A stretch of 42,563 nucleotides of DNA from Promethearchaeota archaeon (lineage in GTDB: Archaea > Asgardarchaeota > Lokiarchaeia > Sigyniarchaeales > SOKP01). Shown here in pieces: positions 9,284 through 20,014 of this stretch (position 1 is its first letter; each line of letters starts with the position of its first letter). The stretch covers positions 1-42,563 of the forward strand of contig JAHLWS010000032.1 in the NCBI GenBank assembly GCA_019057795.1. Reading direction: 5' to 3'. A model generated the notes under the pieces. That model did no database searches. It was given only the letters and a program-made list of their open reading frames with translations, and had not been told where the DNA came from. The position numbers and the translations under genes are program-made.

Positions 9284-9471
9284 ACGAAAATCGATCTTCT
9301 AACGATATATACTCGTAATATAAAAAATAATCTTTAAAGAATTAATTTAAAAATAGTTTGTTTGTATCAAAGTCATGGAATAACGGATAATAATAATATT
9401 TATAAGAAATAACAAAAACGAAGAGCTAAGTTTAAAATTCTTTCTATGTTAATTTCCTAAATACTAAGCAT

Positions 9472-9849
9472 TCACAGTTCTTGCTCAGAAAAAGCTGATA
9501 ATTCCTTTAAAAACTCTTTTGGGGTAATGCCGTGAGTTAACACTTTATGCCACATTCTAATGTTTTGCGAAGCAAAATTAACCTTTCCTTTATCTAAATT
9601 TTTGGCAAATTCAAGGATAGTATCCTCGATGGAGAATTTGGACCTATCACGTGCCCCAAAGAATTCCCCAAACGCAAAAAACATGTTTATAATCATCTCG
9701 ATGTCCTCGTCTGAGAAGCGTTGCCTACACAGGTTACAAATAATGCCGAATTTTAAGCTGGATTGATAAACCTTATGGCGATCTTTTATGTCGGCTCGAC
9801 AGATCGAGCATTTTATTTCGTTTGTGATCGTGATATTTGGCGTATTCAT
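9472..9849 (-). CDS. Zn-finger protein (CSIC…CNLC)
   Basis: Two CxxC pairs; backbone promoter at 9873-9887. Confidence 0.8.
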   Translation of the reverse strand: MNTPNITITNEIKCSICRADIKDRHKVYQSSLKFGIICNLCRQRFSDEDIEMIINMFFAFGEFFGARDRSKFSIEDTILEFAKNLDKGKVNFASQNIRMWHKVLTHGITPKEFLKELSAFSEQEL

Positions 9850-9942
9850 CGTAAATTATATTCTTCACCAATGTATTTAAAGGAAAAGGAAAATTGGCGC
9901 GTAAAAATTTTGTCTTTATATAATCGGAAACGCTAACCCTTA

Positions 9943-10653
9943 TTACAAATTTACGATTCCAGATTCTCCAATTTCGTAGACAAACTTCGTAGAGGTACCT
10001 TTCGAACTAACCTCCATCTGCTTTAAACCCGAACCCATGGCTTTCGATAGGTTGATGTTTATCGAGTCAATTCTATCGTATAACTTGCTAAAAAAAGGTT
10101 TTGTCTTGCCTGAGGTTGGATCGAAAGATACTTCGTGGATCAAGATTAGAATTATTTTCTCTCTTAGGCAACGCATTATTAAGGGAAACAACTGAACGCT
10201 GAAAAACTCGTCCTTGATAGCACCCCGCTTTTTAAAATCCGAATTAGAAGCGATGAAAAAGCGCAAATAATGGGAAATATTATCGATAACGATGATTTTA
10301 ATATTAATTGGAAAAATAGCCGCCTTTATTTTTCTAAAGTAAGCCGATTGGCCTTGGTAGTTAGAAAAAGGTTTTAATCCAGGGGCAACAAAAATGTTTT
10401 TCAGAATGTAATCGACTTTATCAGGATAACTTTTAAAAAGCGATCTTAACCTTTTTTTAGGAAATTGTTCGGAAGCTTGTATCCAAACGCACTGGTTTCG
10501 GTAAGGTTTTTCGAGCGTCATAAGGGTGCTAACAAATTGAAGAGCCAAGGTGGTTTTACCCGTACCTGACTTTCCTGCGATCGATATAAGCCCGTTTTTC
10601 TTAGCTAAATCGAAAACGTGAGAAATAATCGCCGATCTTTCGAGCTCGATCAT
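9943..10653 (-). CDS. radB: RadB-like RecA-family ATPase
   Basis: GKSGTGKT, WIQASEQF..KRL, Walker B IIVIDNIS; no N-terminal HhH domain; SD GGTGAT upstream. Confidence 0.75.
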   Translation of the reverse strand: MIELERSAIISHVFDLAKKNGLISIAGKSGTGKTTLALQFVSTLMTLEKPYRNQCVWIQASEQFPKKRLRSLFKSYPDKVDYILKNIFVAPGLKPFSNYQGQSAYFRKIKAAIFPINIKIIVIDNISHYLRFFIASNSDFKKRGAIKDEFFSVQLFPLIMRCLREKIILILIHEVSFDPTSGKTKPFFSKLYDRIDSININLSKAMGSGLKQMEVSSKGTSTKFVYEIGESGIVNL

Positions 10654-10674
10654 GATTTAATCACCATCTAAAAT

Positions 10675-11019
10675 TTAATCGCTATCCAGTAAGTCTAAAA
10701 TTTCTCTCTGAATTTTATCTATCTCTCCTCGACGCTTCTGGCTCTCCTCGGATATTTCCCTCGAAGCGCTCGAGCCTTGAGGACTGCTCGAGAGTAGTTG
10801 TTGGAGCATAATTAGTGCCATTAAGTCGTCGAGGCTTCTATTTTGCGAAATTTGGTTTCCGCTCATAAAAACCCCTAAGAGACCATTTCCGCTCTTTCTC
10901 GCTTTGTAGAACAAATAGAAAAACAATCCTACACCGATAATAATCAAGGTGTATACAGGTTCTTTTTGGTAAAACATCAACATTGCGATTACGACCGCCA
11001 CTAAACAAAAACCTTTCAT
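10675..11019 (-). CDS. Small 2-TM protein with C-terminal coiled coil
   Basis: Hydrophobic N-terminal half; abuts the protease gene upstream and lies 21 nt before radB. Confidence 0.8.
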   Translation of the reverse strand: MKGFCLVAVVIAMLMFYQKEPVYTLIIIGVGLFFYLFYKARKSGNGLLGVFMSGNQISQNRSLDDLMALIMLQQLLSSSPQGSSASREISEESQKRRGEIDKIQREILDLLDSD

Positions 11020-11781
11020 TTACCATTGCGCCTCTTTTTCTTTTAATTTTCTTGGAGCGAACATTTTAAACCTTCTCCTTCGAGTCAATAACTTTATGCT
11101 TGGAAATTTAGACCTTCTTAAAGCATTGAAACAACTGCCGATAATCCAAAAGGTAATTTTCAAAATGAAATAGACCAATATTACGAAAAGGAAGTATTCA
11201 ATGTAGTATAGGACTTCGAACGGTAAGTAGATAAAATAGAGGTCTACGAAAAGCCATACTATGAGCCCTGACGCGACGACTAAAACTATTTGGAAAACAG
11301 AATATTTAGGGTCTCTTTTAAAAGTCTTACCAATTAGTTTCATGTCTTGCCCCGAAGGTTCAGAACCGATAAAAAGCGATACGCAGAAAACGATGGCAAC
11401 TATATTTACCCAAGCCTCAGTTTCTACATTGAAAATCACATCTAAGCAAAAAAGAAAAAGGAAAGTCGACACAAACAATGGGGCTACGCTGCCAACAAAG
11501 GTTTGTAGAAAGGAATTTCGCTCGAACTCTGGTAAGCCGACCGAACCGTGAGGGGCGACCCTCATTTTGTCTTCGCTACGGTACTTAACCTTTATTCTGC
11601 CGGTTTTGACTCCAAACAAATTATTGAAAGCATAATGAGCCACCTCGTGGACGAGAACTCCAAGGAAGGCTAAAACGTGCAGAAACGCTTTGAGACCCGG
11701 AGTGTGAGTGCGTCTATACCAATATTTAACTGCGATGGAAACTAATAGCATAAAGAACAGCCAAAAGAATAGATCCAACAT
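11020..11781 (-). CDS. Membrane-embedded HExxH metalloprotease (M50-like)
   Basis: GVLVHEVAH, downstream PSGQD, multiple TM segments. ATG 11781 is preferred over TTG 11796 from promoter spacing. Confidence 0.8.
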   Translation of the reverse strand: MLDLFFWLFFMLLVSIAVKYWYRRTHTPGLKAFLHVLAFLGVLVHEVAHYAFNNLFGVKTGRIKVKYRSEDKMRVAPHGSVGLPEFERNSFLQTFVGSVAPLFVSTFLFLFCLDVIFNVETEAWVNIVAIVFCVSLFIGSEPSGQDMKLIGKTFKRDPKYSVFQIVLVVASGLIVWLFVDLYFIYLPFEVLYYIEYFLFVILVYFILKITFWIIGSCFNALRRSKFPSIKLLTRRRRFKMFAPRKLKEKEAQW

Positions 11782-11873
11782 AAAATCAGAGTACAACGAG
11801 TACTTATAAAGAAAAAATTAGATTGATAGGAATTGTAAATAACTATCAAACAAAAAACTTCAATAAATCAAGA

Positions 11874-12125
11874 CTAATCGCTTTCTTTGAAGGCGCGAAT
11901 AAACGCTAACTTTTCTTTGACCGTTAAAATGTTCGAGGGATCGTCGATAGTTAACAAGTCTTCCTCGTCAAACCGTTCTCCGCATTCCGTGCATTCGAGT
12001 TCGGCTCCAGAGTCCCACGCGAACCTAATCATTTTCTTGGACTTACATCGCGGGCAACCAAATTTTTCGAATCGAAAGTCTCTGTGATTTTCCATATGTC
12101 CTAACTTGTTTTTACGATTCGGCAT
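11874..12125 (-). CDS. Small Zn-ribbon protein
   Basis: CPRC…CTEC. Confidence 0.75.
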   Translation of the reverse strand: MPNRKNKLGHMENHRDFRFEKFGCPRCKSKKMIRFAWDSGAELECTECGERFDEEDLLTIDDPSNILTVKEKLAFIRAFKESD

Positions 12126-12791
12126 TACCTAATATTATAATATTCAATTATTTATTGTTTTTGGCTTCTATATAAAATATTCAATATGATAATATAAAGA
12201 AAAATAAAGTAAAGATTAAAGCTTTGTAGAAATTCTTCGGTTTTTTATCCTGTAATCATTCAAAAAAATGGGGTTTAAATAGGACAATTCTCACAAATTT
12301 ATGACAAATATAATAATTAACATGTAATTTCAACGGGAGACTTAAGAAAAGTCGAAGATTTAAAACCCAATTCTAATAAAATTCAATTTATGCATAGATT
12401 TTATAGGGGCTTTTATCTTATTGAGAATATTGTCATAATTCTATTTTGACATATATCCACGATTAGTTTAAATCAATTTTTCTATTGGGATTGTTTTTAT
12501 ATTCCCAGTTTAATCTGTAACTACGACGGTTGTGAAAAAATAATTTTACTAGTTGGGATTAATATTGCAAAATTGTGTTTTTCACAAAAAAATGTAAATT
12601 TTATCTTCTAAATATGAAACCCTCCACTATAGATTGATGAATTATAGAAGAAGAATTATTAGTTTCCGCATCAGATTTCACTATTTACGCTTTTATGCGT
12701 TTTCTTTTTGAACTTCTACCCTATTTTTTACCTAATTCCAAATCTTAAAATAGCATACTGGTGATCTTCATTTCTTAGTTTGAAAATAATT

Positions 12792-12806
12792 GCAGAATTT
12801 AAATAT
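12792..12806 (+). promoter_or_regulatory. Conventional purine-rich BRE/TATA promoter of tfb
   Basis: GCAGAATTTAAATA about 40 nt before the ATG; SD-like GTGAT at 12832. Confidence 0.55.
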
Positions 12807-12845
12807 TAAAAAATTCTAAAAAAAAAAGTTAGTGATTAAAAAAAA

Positions 12846-14126
12846 ATGGCAACCCACGAATTAGTAAAAATCGATTCGCTAAAAATTAACTCCGTTCAAA
12901 ACCCTTTGGAGCGTTGCGATGTTTGCGGTTCTTGCGACATTGTCGAAACTCGCGAGGGGTACACCTGCCGGGACTGTGGTATCGTTTTGGAAGTTCAGAA
13001 ATTAGAGTACCATAGACCGTACGACGCCGAGATCGTTCAGTACGCCGTCTTGGGTAAAACTCAGATGGGATACAAAAGCGAAAGGCGCGCAGCAAAAGAC
13101 TCGGTTAGGGTCGAAGGTTTAAACAGGCTAGATTCTCACCGTACGACAGAAGAAAACGTTGTAATTTCGGCAAAGATCGCGATAAAAAGCATTTTAACGA
13201 ACCTTGACTTTCCTCTGAACGACTCTGTTAGCATTTTAGAAACCTTTAAAAGAATTCGAGCTCAGCTAGGAAAAGGTACGAAGTACAGGAGCGCCGAAAT
13301 GTTGGTCCCTTGCGTGATTTATTTTTATTACAAGCACAATAATACACCCATAAGCGAAAAGGAATTGTTGGAGGTCTCGAAAATCTCTAAAAAAGATTTC
13401 AACGAGTTCAAGATTCCTATGGTGAAATTATGGCCGCAATATAAAGAAAGAGATCGCAAGGAATACATAGTCCAAAGGATTTTAGAGATTACAGAGCACT
13501 TCGATTTGGGAATGCCGTTTTATTATCAGTCTTACAAGATTTTGTCTCGGTTTTACGAAAGCGTTAAAAACACGAAGGACGACGTTATCGTGGGTCTCGT
13601 AACCTCCATTACCTTACTCTGTTCTCAATCCGAGGGAGTGAGCGTTTCAGCTCTTTGCGAGAGGTTAGGGATCAAAATGTCGACGATCCACAGGCAAGTC
13701 GAGAGGAGAGTTATAGAACGATTTAGAGTTCCAGGTTTTAGGAGCTTATTAAAATCCGCCGGCTTGTTAAAGAAAGTAATGATTAAATTAGGCGTGCTCG
13801 ACCCTGCTTTCGTCTATGTAGACGGAGATTCAGTCGATTACGAAGATTCGCTCGTTGATGGCGTTGACATCGTCCAAGTAGTCTTAGGAAATGCGACCCC
13901 GGTTTTTAACAACTTAAACGAGAGCAAAGTTTTTTACTTATTCTTAAAAGATCTTAACGGGTATCTGGTTGCGTCTATTACTCAACCAATTAATAATAAA
14001 AATAACAGAATAGTTCGCGCTAATGCTAACGAAATAAACTTAAACGGAAAAGTAGAAAACAAAGAAATCGTCAAGCTGGAACTATGGAAGTACTACAATC
14101 CGAAAGGCCCTCCATTGACGTGTTAG
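12846..14126 (+). CDS. tfb: Divergent transcription factor B (TFB/TFIIB) paralogue with C-terminal extension
   Basis: N-terminal Zn ribbon CDVC…CRDCGIVL, two cyclin-like repeats (RSAEMLVPCVIY…PISEKELLEVSKISKKDF) and HTH VSVSALCERLGIKMSTIHRQV. Confidence 0.8.
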   Translation: MATHELVKIDSLKINSVQNPLERCDVCGSCDIVETREGYTCRDCGIVLEVQKLEYHRPYDAEIVQYAVLGKTQMGYKSERRAAKDSVRVEGLNRLDSHRTTEENVVISAKIAIKSILTNLDFPLNDSVSILETFKRIRAQLGKGTKYRSAEMLVPCVIYFYYKHNNTPISEKELLEVSKISKKDFNEFKIPMVKLWPQYKERDRKEYIVQRILEITEHFDLGMPFYYQSYKILSRFYESVKNTKDDVIVGLVTSITLLCSQSEGVSVSALCERLGIKMSTIHRQVERRVIERFRVPGFRSLLKSAGLLKKVMIKLGVLDPAFVYVDGDSVDYEDSLVDGVDIVQVVLGNATPVFNNLNESKVFYLFLKDLNGYLVASITQPINNKNNRIVRANANEINLNGKVENKEIVKLELWKYYNPKGPPLTC

Positions 14127-14149
14127 CGCCGGCTTAACGCTCTAATTTT

Positions 14150-14200
14150 AATTCCCTTTTTCTTTTTCTCTTTTTTTTTTCTTTTTCTTCTTTTTTACTG
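14150..14200 (+). terminator. Oligo-T terminator after tfb
   Basis: About 45-nt pyrimidine/T tract shortly after the stop codon. Confidence 0.55.
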
Positions 14201-14409
14201 CCTGCTAATTCTTTTTTGACATTTTTTGATGGATTACATTATATCTGAAATTCCTAGAAACTCATTTTCTACCGACCTACACTATAGATAATCGTGAAAT
14301 CGCAGATTCAATAAGATTCATTAAGGCCGATAATTTGAATTATTCAGGAATTGGGGCAATTATTTTAATTGATCTTCATTTTAACTTTTTTAATGTATTA
14401 GACATTAAT

Positions 14410-14829
14410 TTAGGTTTTTAATAAATTTGTTTTTTCAATTAATTCCTCTGTAGAGAGGACGATTATTTTATTTTGCCCTTCTTTTAGCTTTTTATCATTT
14501 GACCAGACATTAGATTTAAGTGCGAATGCAAGAGCTAGATATACGGTATCTTTGGGATCAGGAGAAATTTTTTCAGCTTTATCTATAAAAGGGGTTATTT
14601 CCTTTTTTGGAACAATAGTAATCTGCTCTTTTAATAATTCTAAAAATTCGTTGAATTCTTCATTAGAACGATGAGTTTTTTTCAGAATAAGTTCTTCATA
14701 TTTAGTAAATTCCGAAAATAAGAATTCGGGGGCAAAAAGTTGCAGTTTATCACTAATCAAGATCTCTGCAGTTGAGCCCTCTTTAATTAAAGCAGCAAAA
14801 AAGATATTAGCATCAACAACTAATCTCAT
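14410..14829 (-). CDS. vapC: PIN-domain toxin
   Basis: VVDANIF…E…DPKD..YLALA…WSNDKKL. Confidence 0.9.
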   Translation of the reverse strand: MRLVVDANIFFAALIKEGSTAEILISDKLQLFAPEFLFSEFTKYEELILKKTHRSNEEFNEFLELLKEQITIVPKKEITPFIDKAEKISPDPKDTVYLALAFALKSNVWSNDKKLKEGQNKIIVLSTEELIEKTNLLKT

Positions 14830-14832
14830 CTT

Positions 14833-15057
14833 TTACTCACTCTTATAACGATCTAGTAAGAGCTCGCTTATCTCTCTTCCAAGATTTAAAGCATCTTCTG
14901 GAGATATTTCACTATCGATTCGAAAACCTTTTAAAAAATTTAATTGTGCGATCTTTTTCTTAATAGAATCTCTTGCTACTTCAGACCAATTAATTTCTGG
15001 AAAATTTTCCATCATTTCTTTTAATTCACTAGAAATTGATAAAGTTAAATTTGTCAT
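14833..15057 (-). CDS. vapB: RHH-type antitoxin
   Basis: MTNLTLSISSELKEMM..PEINWSEVAR; lies 3 nt upstream of vapC. Confidence 0.85.
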   Translation of the reverse strand: MTNLTLSISSELKEMMENFPEINWSEVARDSIKKKIAQLNFLKGFRIDSEISPEDALNLGREISELLLDRYKSE

Positions 15058-15176
15058 TGTAATCTTAATTCGTTTGTTTGATTATTATGTGATCATATGT
15101 GAATACACATATTAATAACTTTATATCAATATTAAAAATTTTAGGAAATATATTATTTTCACCACAATAGTTCTGA

Positions 15177-15318
15177 ACTTTTTTTTTTATAAACTTACGA
15201 TTAATCTTCTCTTAAAGCTTTTTTAAAAACATATTCACGTGAAATATTATGCGATCAAAAAAAAAGAAAACTATAGTTATAATTGGAGTTTTATCAATCG
15301 TATTTTTAGCTTGTTTTT
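15177..15318 (+). repeat. Promoter/5'-end repeat, copy A (others at 17983-18056 and 20864-21007)
   Basis: Shared TTTTATAWACTTACG.TTAAT….CTTAAAGCTTTT…TTCAC.TGAAATA. Confidence 0.85.
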
Positions 15319-15455
15319 TAAGAGTTGCAAACGAGCCCACTACCGTTCCCATTAGCGTAACTGGCGTTAATCTCGAAAGTTTCCTGAGATGCTGTTATTA
15401 CTCCCAATTAAATAAATTCCGTTATTATTGTATTGATATTAAAAATATCAATTAA
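15249..15455 (+). pseudogene. Truncated duplicate of the 5' end of gene 20938..23865
   Basis: MRSKKKKTIVIIGVLSIVFLACFL versus MRSKKKKTIVIIGIVSIVFLAYFL; the upstream DNA is also duplicated. Confidence 0.8.
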
Positions 15456-15478
15456 AAAGAAAAAAAAAGTGGTAAAGT

Positions 15479-17869
15479 TTATTTTTTCTTTCGTTTTTCC
15501 AAGATAATAAATGAAAGTATCGTTATGAATGTAAATAGTAGGTAGTAATTTCCAAACGAAATTATAGGTTGGTCTTCGGAAATCTCTATGATAACCTCTA
15601 CATCTATGAAGCCAATATTACCAGCAGTATCATTTGCGTAGAACCTAATTGTAAGGCTGCCTTCACTTAAAGCTTCCCATGCTGTTTGATTAAACGTACC
15701 GGTTAAACCTGTGATGGTGTAATCCGTTCCTCCTCCATCGAGAGTGTACCAAATGGTATCCAAATTGAGTTCGTCAATAGAAATATTGTAATTTGGGGCA
15801 ACTAAACCAAATACGCTATCAGGTAAAGGAAAGATTATTGTAATAACAGGAGCAATGTCATCACCATCCGCCCACATTGGAAAATTATCCCGACTTCCCG
15901 CTGTGCCTGGGATTATATATGGTGTATCGCCTATTCCGTCATCGTTTGCATCAACGCCCGCGTAATCATCCCAGTAATTACCAATAATTCCATTGTCCCA
16001 TTTGTTATTAATTCCATTATCTTCAGCATTAATTTCATTATTAATAAAATGATTTAAAAAGATTTTACTGTTATCACTATACCATAAATATAATCCATGA
16101 TCATTGTTGTTGCTGGCGGTATTTCCCGAAATCGTGTTGTTATTACTACAAGGTAAATATATTCCATTATAATTATTGTTGCTGGCGGTATTTCCCGAAA
16201 GCGTGTTGTTATCACTATAAACTAAATATAATCCATGATTATTGTTGTTAGCGGTATTTCCCGAAAGCGTGTTGTTATCACTATAACCTAAATACATTCC
16301 ATACCAACTGTTGTTACTGGCGTTATTTCCCGAAAGCGTATTGTTATCACTATAGTATAAACGTATTCCATCATTATTATTGTTGCTGGCGGTATTTCCC
16401 GAAAGAGTGTTGTTATCACTATAACCTAAATACATTCCATAATACTTGTTGTTGCTAGCGGTATTTCCCGAAAGCGTGTTGTTATTACTATAACCTAAAT
16501 ATATTCCCGTAGTACCATTTGATAAATTTTCCCCTGAAATTATCGAATTACTACAATTAATCAAAATGATTTGCCCCGCACCCGTAAAATTACTCGATCC
16601 TAAACCTATTTCATTCACATAATAATAGACCTGTTTGTTGTTTACACGGTTTGTATTGTCAATACTATGAGATGCCATTTCCACTAATGAACCATAAAGA
16701 GAAATTCCGCAAAAATTCATTAAATTCCCCGAAAGCGTGTTGTTAGCACTATTCCATAAACGTATTCCATAATAATTGTTATTGCTAGCGGTATTTCCCG
16801 AAATCGTGTTGTTATTACTATTCTCTATACATATTCCACCACCATTGTTATTTGCAGTATTTCCCGAAAGCGTGTTGTTATTACTATACCATATAGCTAT
16901 TCCACTATACTTGTTGTTGCTGGCGTTATTTCCCAAAATCGTGTTGTTAGCACTATACTCTAAATATATTCCAATATTATTGTTGTTGCTGGCGTTAATT
17001 CCCGAAAGCGTGTTGTTGACACAATAGTATAAAGATATTCCAGAACCGTCTGAAATATTTAACCCTGAAATTATCGAGTTATTACAATTAATCAAAATAA
17101 TTTGCCCCGCACCCGTGAAATTACTCGATCCTAAACCTGTTTCATTCACATAATAATAAACCGGTTTGTTGTTTACACGGTTTGTATTGTCAATACTGTG
17201 CGATGCCATTTCCACTAATGAACCATAAAGATAAATTCCGCAAAAGTTCATTAAATTCCCCGAAATCGTGTTGTTAATACTCTCGCTTAAAAATATTCCA
17301 TAATAATTGTTATAACTAACGTTATTTTCCGAAATCGTGTTGTTATTACTATATCTTAAATATATTCCATTACCATTGTTATCGCAACAATTATTATTTA
17401 TTATTTTACCGTTATCGACGTTATCTAATTTAATACCTGCATACCAATCTACACCCCAATCTATCATTCCAGAATTATATAATGAACAATTTCGAATAAC
17501 AAAGTAGGTATCAGAGTTTCTAATCTCTATGCAATTGCCTGAACCTTGTCCGTCAATGGTAATATTCTCGATAACATAAGGATCTGCCCAACTTCCCGAA
17601 CCGCTACACCAATCCTCACCAGAAGCCTTAGATGCCCAATCTGCATTTCCATCAATATATATTGGAGATCCCGTAAGATTCCAATATCCCGCCCTTTTTA
17701 GTTTAGGTTCATTGTCAACTTCCAAATTTTCATAATTATATCCTCCAAAATAGCTAAAATTAGCATTGATAAGAATGGGGAAAGCGAAAAGGATTCCTAA
17801 AGAGATTAAAATCATTATTTTTGATTTTGCACTTGATTTCATTTTAGTTATTCTTTTCCGCATTTTCAT
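15479..17869 (-). CDS. Secreted, membrane-anchored NosD-like parallel beta-helix protein
   Basis: 22-aa repeats (GIYL.YS.NNTLSGNTASNN), GNYWDDY.G.D.NDDGIGDTPY, an internal duplication with ~531-bp offset, C-terminal TM. Confidence 0.92.
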   Translation of the reverse strand: MKMRKRITKMKSSAKSKIMILISLGILFAFPILINANFSYFGGYNYENLEVDNEPKLKRAGYWNLTGSPIYIDGNADWASKASGEDWCSGSGSWADPYVIENITIDGQGSGNCIEIRNSDTYFVIRNCSLYNSGMIDWGVDWYAGIKLDNVDNGKIINNNCCDNNGNGIYLRYSNNNTISENNVSYNNYYGIFLSESINNTISGNLMNFCGIYLYGSLVEMASHSIDNTNRVNNKPVYYYVNETGLGSSNFTGAGQIILINCNNSIISGLNISDGSGISLYYCVNNTLSGINASNNNNIGIYLEYSANNTILGNNASNNKYSGIAIWYSNNNTLSGNTANNNGGGICIENSNNNTISGNTASNNNYYGIRLWNSANNTLSGNLMNFCGISLYGSLVEMASHSIDNTNRVNNKQVYYYVNEIGLGSSNFTGAGQIILINCSNSIISGENLSNGTTGIYLGYSNNNTLSGNTASNNKYYGMYLGYSDNNTLSGNTASNNNNDGIRLYYSDNNTLSGNNASNNSWYGMYLGYSDNNTLSGNTANNNNHGLYLVYSDNNTLSGNTASNNNYNGIYLPCSNNNTISGNTASNNNDHGLYLWYSDNSKIFLNHFINNEINAEDNGINNKWDNGIIGNYWDDYAGVDANDDGIGDTPYIIPGTAGSRDNFPMWADGDDIAPVITIIFPLPDSVFGLVAPNYNISIDELNLDTIWYTLDGGGTDYTITGLTGTFNQTAWEALSEGSLTIRFYANDTAGNIGFIDVEVIIEISEDQPIISFGNYYLLFTFITILSFIILEKRKKK

Positions 17870-17969
17870 TTACCTTCTTTTTTTTTGATAATGATCAGAT
17901 CACAATTTGTTGATTATGGAATATAAAGATTATTATGAAATTAACCAGTAAATTTTGACTTTTACTGGT
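17785..17969 (-). repeat. Duplicated promoter plus signal-peptide region of the NosD-like genes (second copy 19756-19939)
   Basis: Near-identical DNA; both encode MKMR.K…MKSSAKSKI.ILISLGILF. Confidence 0.9.
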
Positions 17970-18142
17970 AAATCTTCGGAAGCTTCTTTTTTTCTTTTAT
18001 AAACTTACGCTTAATTTGGTCTTAAAGCTTTTTTAAAAACATATTCACATGAAATAATTTGGTAATGAACAAAAGAACTATAGCTGCGATATAAATATTT
18101 AAAAATATAAATATGAAACCAAAAAAATTGAAAAAAAATTAA

Positions 18143-19840
18143 TTATTCTATTCTTTTCCTTTTACGGATAATTAATAGTAGGGTTGCTACACCTATTACT
18201 CCTCCTCCGCCAATAACCAAAGCTATAATAATTAATTCGAAAGGAATTGCTCCTCCAGAGATTGCTTTAATAGTTACCGTAACTTTATTCGAGATAGAAT
18301 TACCGAAGTCGTCTGTGAAGTTAACCGTGTAGATATAAACTCCAGGAGAAAAGCCATTGGGGATGCTGTAGTTAATTGCGTTTCCGATGGTCCATTCGGT
18401 CGGACCTGCAACTATTCCCGTCCCTTGCAGTTCGATTGTATAATTATCAGGATTTAAATCAGTTGCCGTCCACGACAGGCTCTGCTCCGTATATCCCACT
18501 TCTACAGTGAAATTATTAGGGCTAACGGTTATAACCGGATTGGTCGTATCTTCAACTACTGTAAAATCGACGCTATCGGTGATGAAATTGCCATAATCGT
18601 CTGTGAAGGTAACCGTATAAATGTACGATCCTACGCTAAATCCATCGGGAATATTATATACGACCGGCGTATTATTAGACCAAGGTGTTGATGCTACTAC
18701 TATAGCAATTCCTATTAGTTCGATCCAATAAGTGTCTGGATTTGCATCAGTTGCCGTCCACGATAGGCTCTGCCCGGTATATCCATATTCTACAGTGAAG
18801 TCGCTCGGAGCGTTTGATTTTATCGGATCTTCCATATCACCTTGGACTGGAACTGGAAGTGGGCATTCCATTAAAGGAAAGTTGTCTTGGTTTGTTACTG
18901 CGCTATTATACATACTTCTTGTTATATTATATGGAGTATCACCAATACCATTTTCATCGCTGTCCACACCAGTATAATCAGACCAATAATTTCCTATTGA
19001 TCCATTATCCCAATGACTCCAACCTCCTTCATCAAAAGCAGTGAGTGAATTATTATTTAAGCAATTTAGATATATTGTATTTCTACGACAACCTTCATAA
19101 ATCCATATCCCATTATAGTTAAAATTAAGGAAATTTCTCGAAACATTATTATCGCTACTAAACCATAACATTATTCCTCGACGATTAAAATTTAATGAAT
19201 TTTCTAAAATCGTGTTATTATCGCTGCCAACTGAGGCTAATGACGCATCAGCAGAGTTTTTATTAAAAATATTCCCTTTAATAAGATTGTTATGGCTCAT
19301 TTGAAGCGCAATTCCAATGCCTTGGCTGCAGGCGTCGTTTCTTAGGATGGTATTATTATTACTAATAATTAGATTTATCCCAATATATCCATTATCATTT
19401 GCTTGATTATCAATCACGTATCCGTTAGAAGCGTTCCATAAATTGATCCCCGCAGCATAAGAGGAATGAATTGCATTATAGAGTCTACAATTTTGTATCT
19501 TAAAATAGACTATGGAATTTTCAATCCATATGCAACTTCCCGAACCTCCGCCATCTATTACCAAATCTTCTATGACATATGGATCAGAATAAGTGCCATC
19601 CCCTGTGCATATCCCAGCTGCTTTAGCATCGGTCCAATTATTGTCGATATGAATTCTTCCAGATATTTTTGAGGGTGTCAGATTTACATCATTTAAATTA
19701 TTAATGCTATTTAACGCATTAAAATTGAGACTATTGTTTATTATTGGTGATAAAACGAAAAGGATTCCTAAAGAGATTAAAATTATTATTTTTGATTTTG
19801 CACTTGATTTCATTTGAATTACTTTTCTTCGCATTTTCAT
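18143..19840 (-). CDS. NosD-like beta-helix protein with two Ig-like repeats and C-terminal TM
   Basis: GNYWSDYTGVDSDENGIGDTPY; two ~98-aa repeats (FTVE.GYT.QSLSWTATD.NPD.Y.IEL.G). Confidence 0.9.
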   Translation of the reverse strand: MKMRRKVIQMKSSAKSKIIILISLGILFVLSPIINNSLNFNALNSINNLNDVNLTPSKISGRIHIDNNWTDAKAAGICTGDGTYSDPYVIEDLVIDGGGSGSCIWIENSIVYFKIQNCRLYNAIHSSYAAGINLWNASNGYVIDNQANDNGYIGINLIISNNNTILRNDACSQGIGIALQMSHNNLIKGNIFNKNSADASLASVGSDNNTILENSLNFNRRGIMLWFSSDNNVSRNFLNFNYNGIWIYEGCRRNTIYLNCLNNNSLTAFDEGGWSHWDNGSIGNYWSDYTGVDSDENGIGDTPYNITRSMYNSAVTNQDNFPLMECPLPVPVQGDMEDPIKSNAPSDFTVEYGYTGQSLSWTATDANPDTYWIELIGIAIVVASTPWSNNTPVVYNIPDGFSVGSYIYTVTFTDDYGNFITDSVDFTVVEDTTNPVITVSPNNFTVEVGYTEQSLSWTATDLNPDNYTIELQGTGIVAGPTEWTIGNAINYSIPNGFSPGVYIYTVNFTDDFGNSISNKVTVTIKAISGGAIPFELIIIALVIGGGGVIGVATLLLIIRKRKRIE

Positions 19841-20014
19841 TTGCCTTCTTTTTTATTGATAATGATCAGATCACAATTTGTTGATTATGGAATATAAAGA
19901 TTATTATGAAATTAACCAGTAAATTTTTACTTTTACCGGTATTTACATACTTATATATTGGAAAATATCCATATATGCCCCCTCCAAAAAAAAGTACTAA
20001 TAATAATAATAAGA

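Noticed and set aside
16100-17360. Spaced ~66-bp repeats resembling CRISPR
   Set aside because: They are coding beta-helix repeats of the NosD-like protein.
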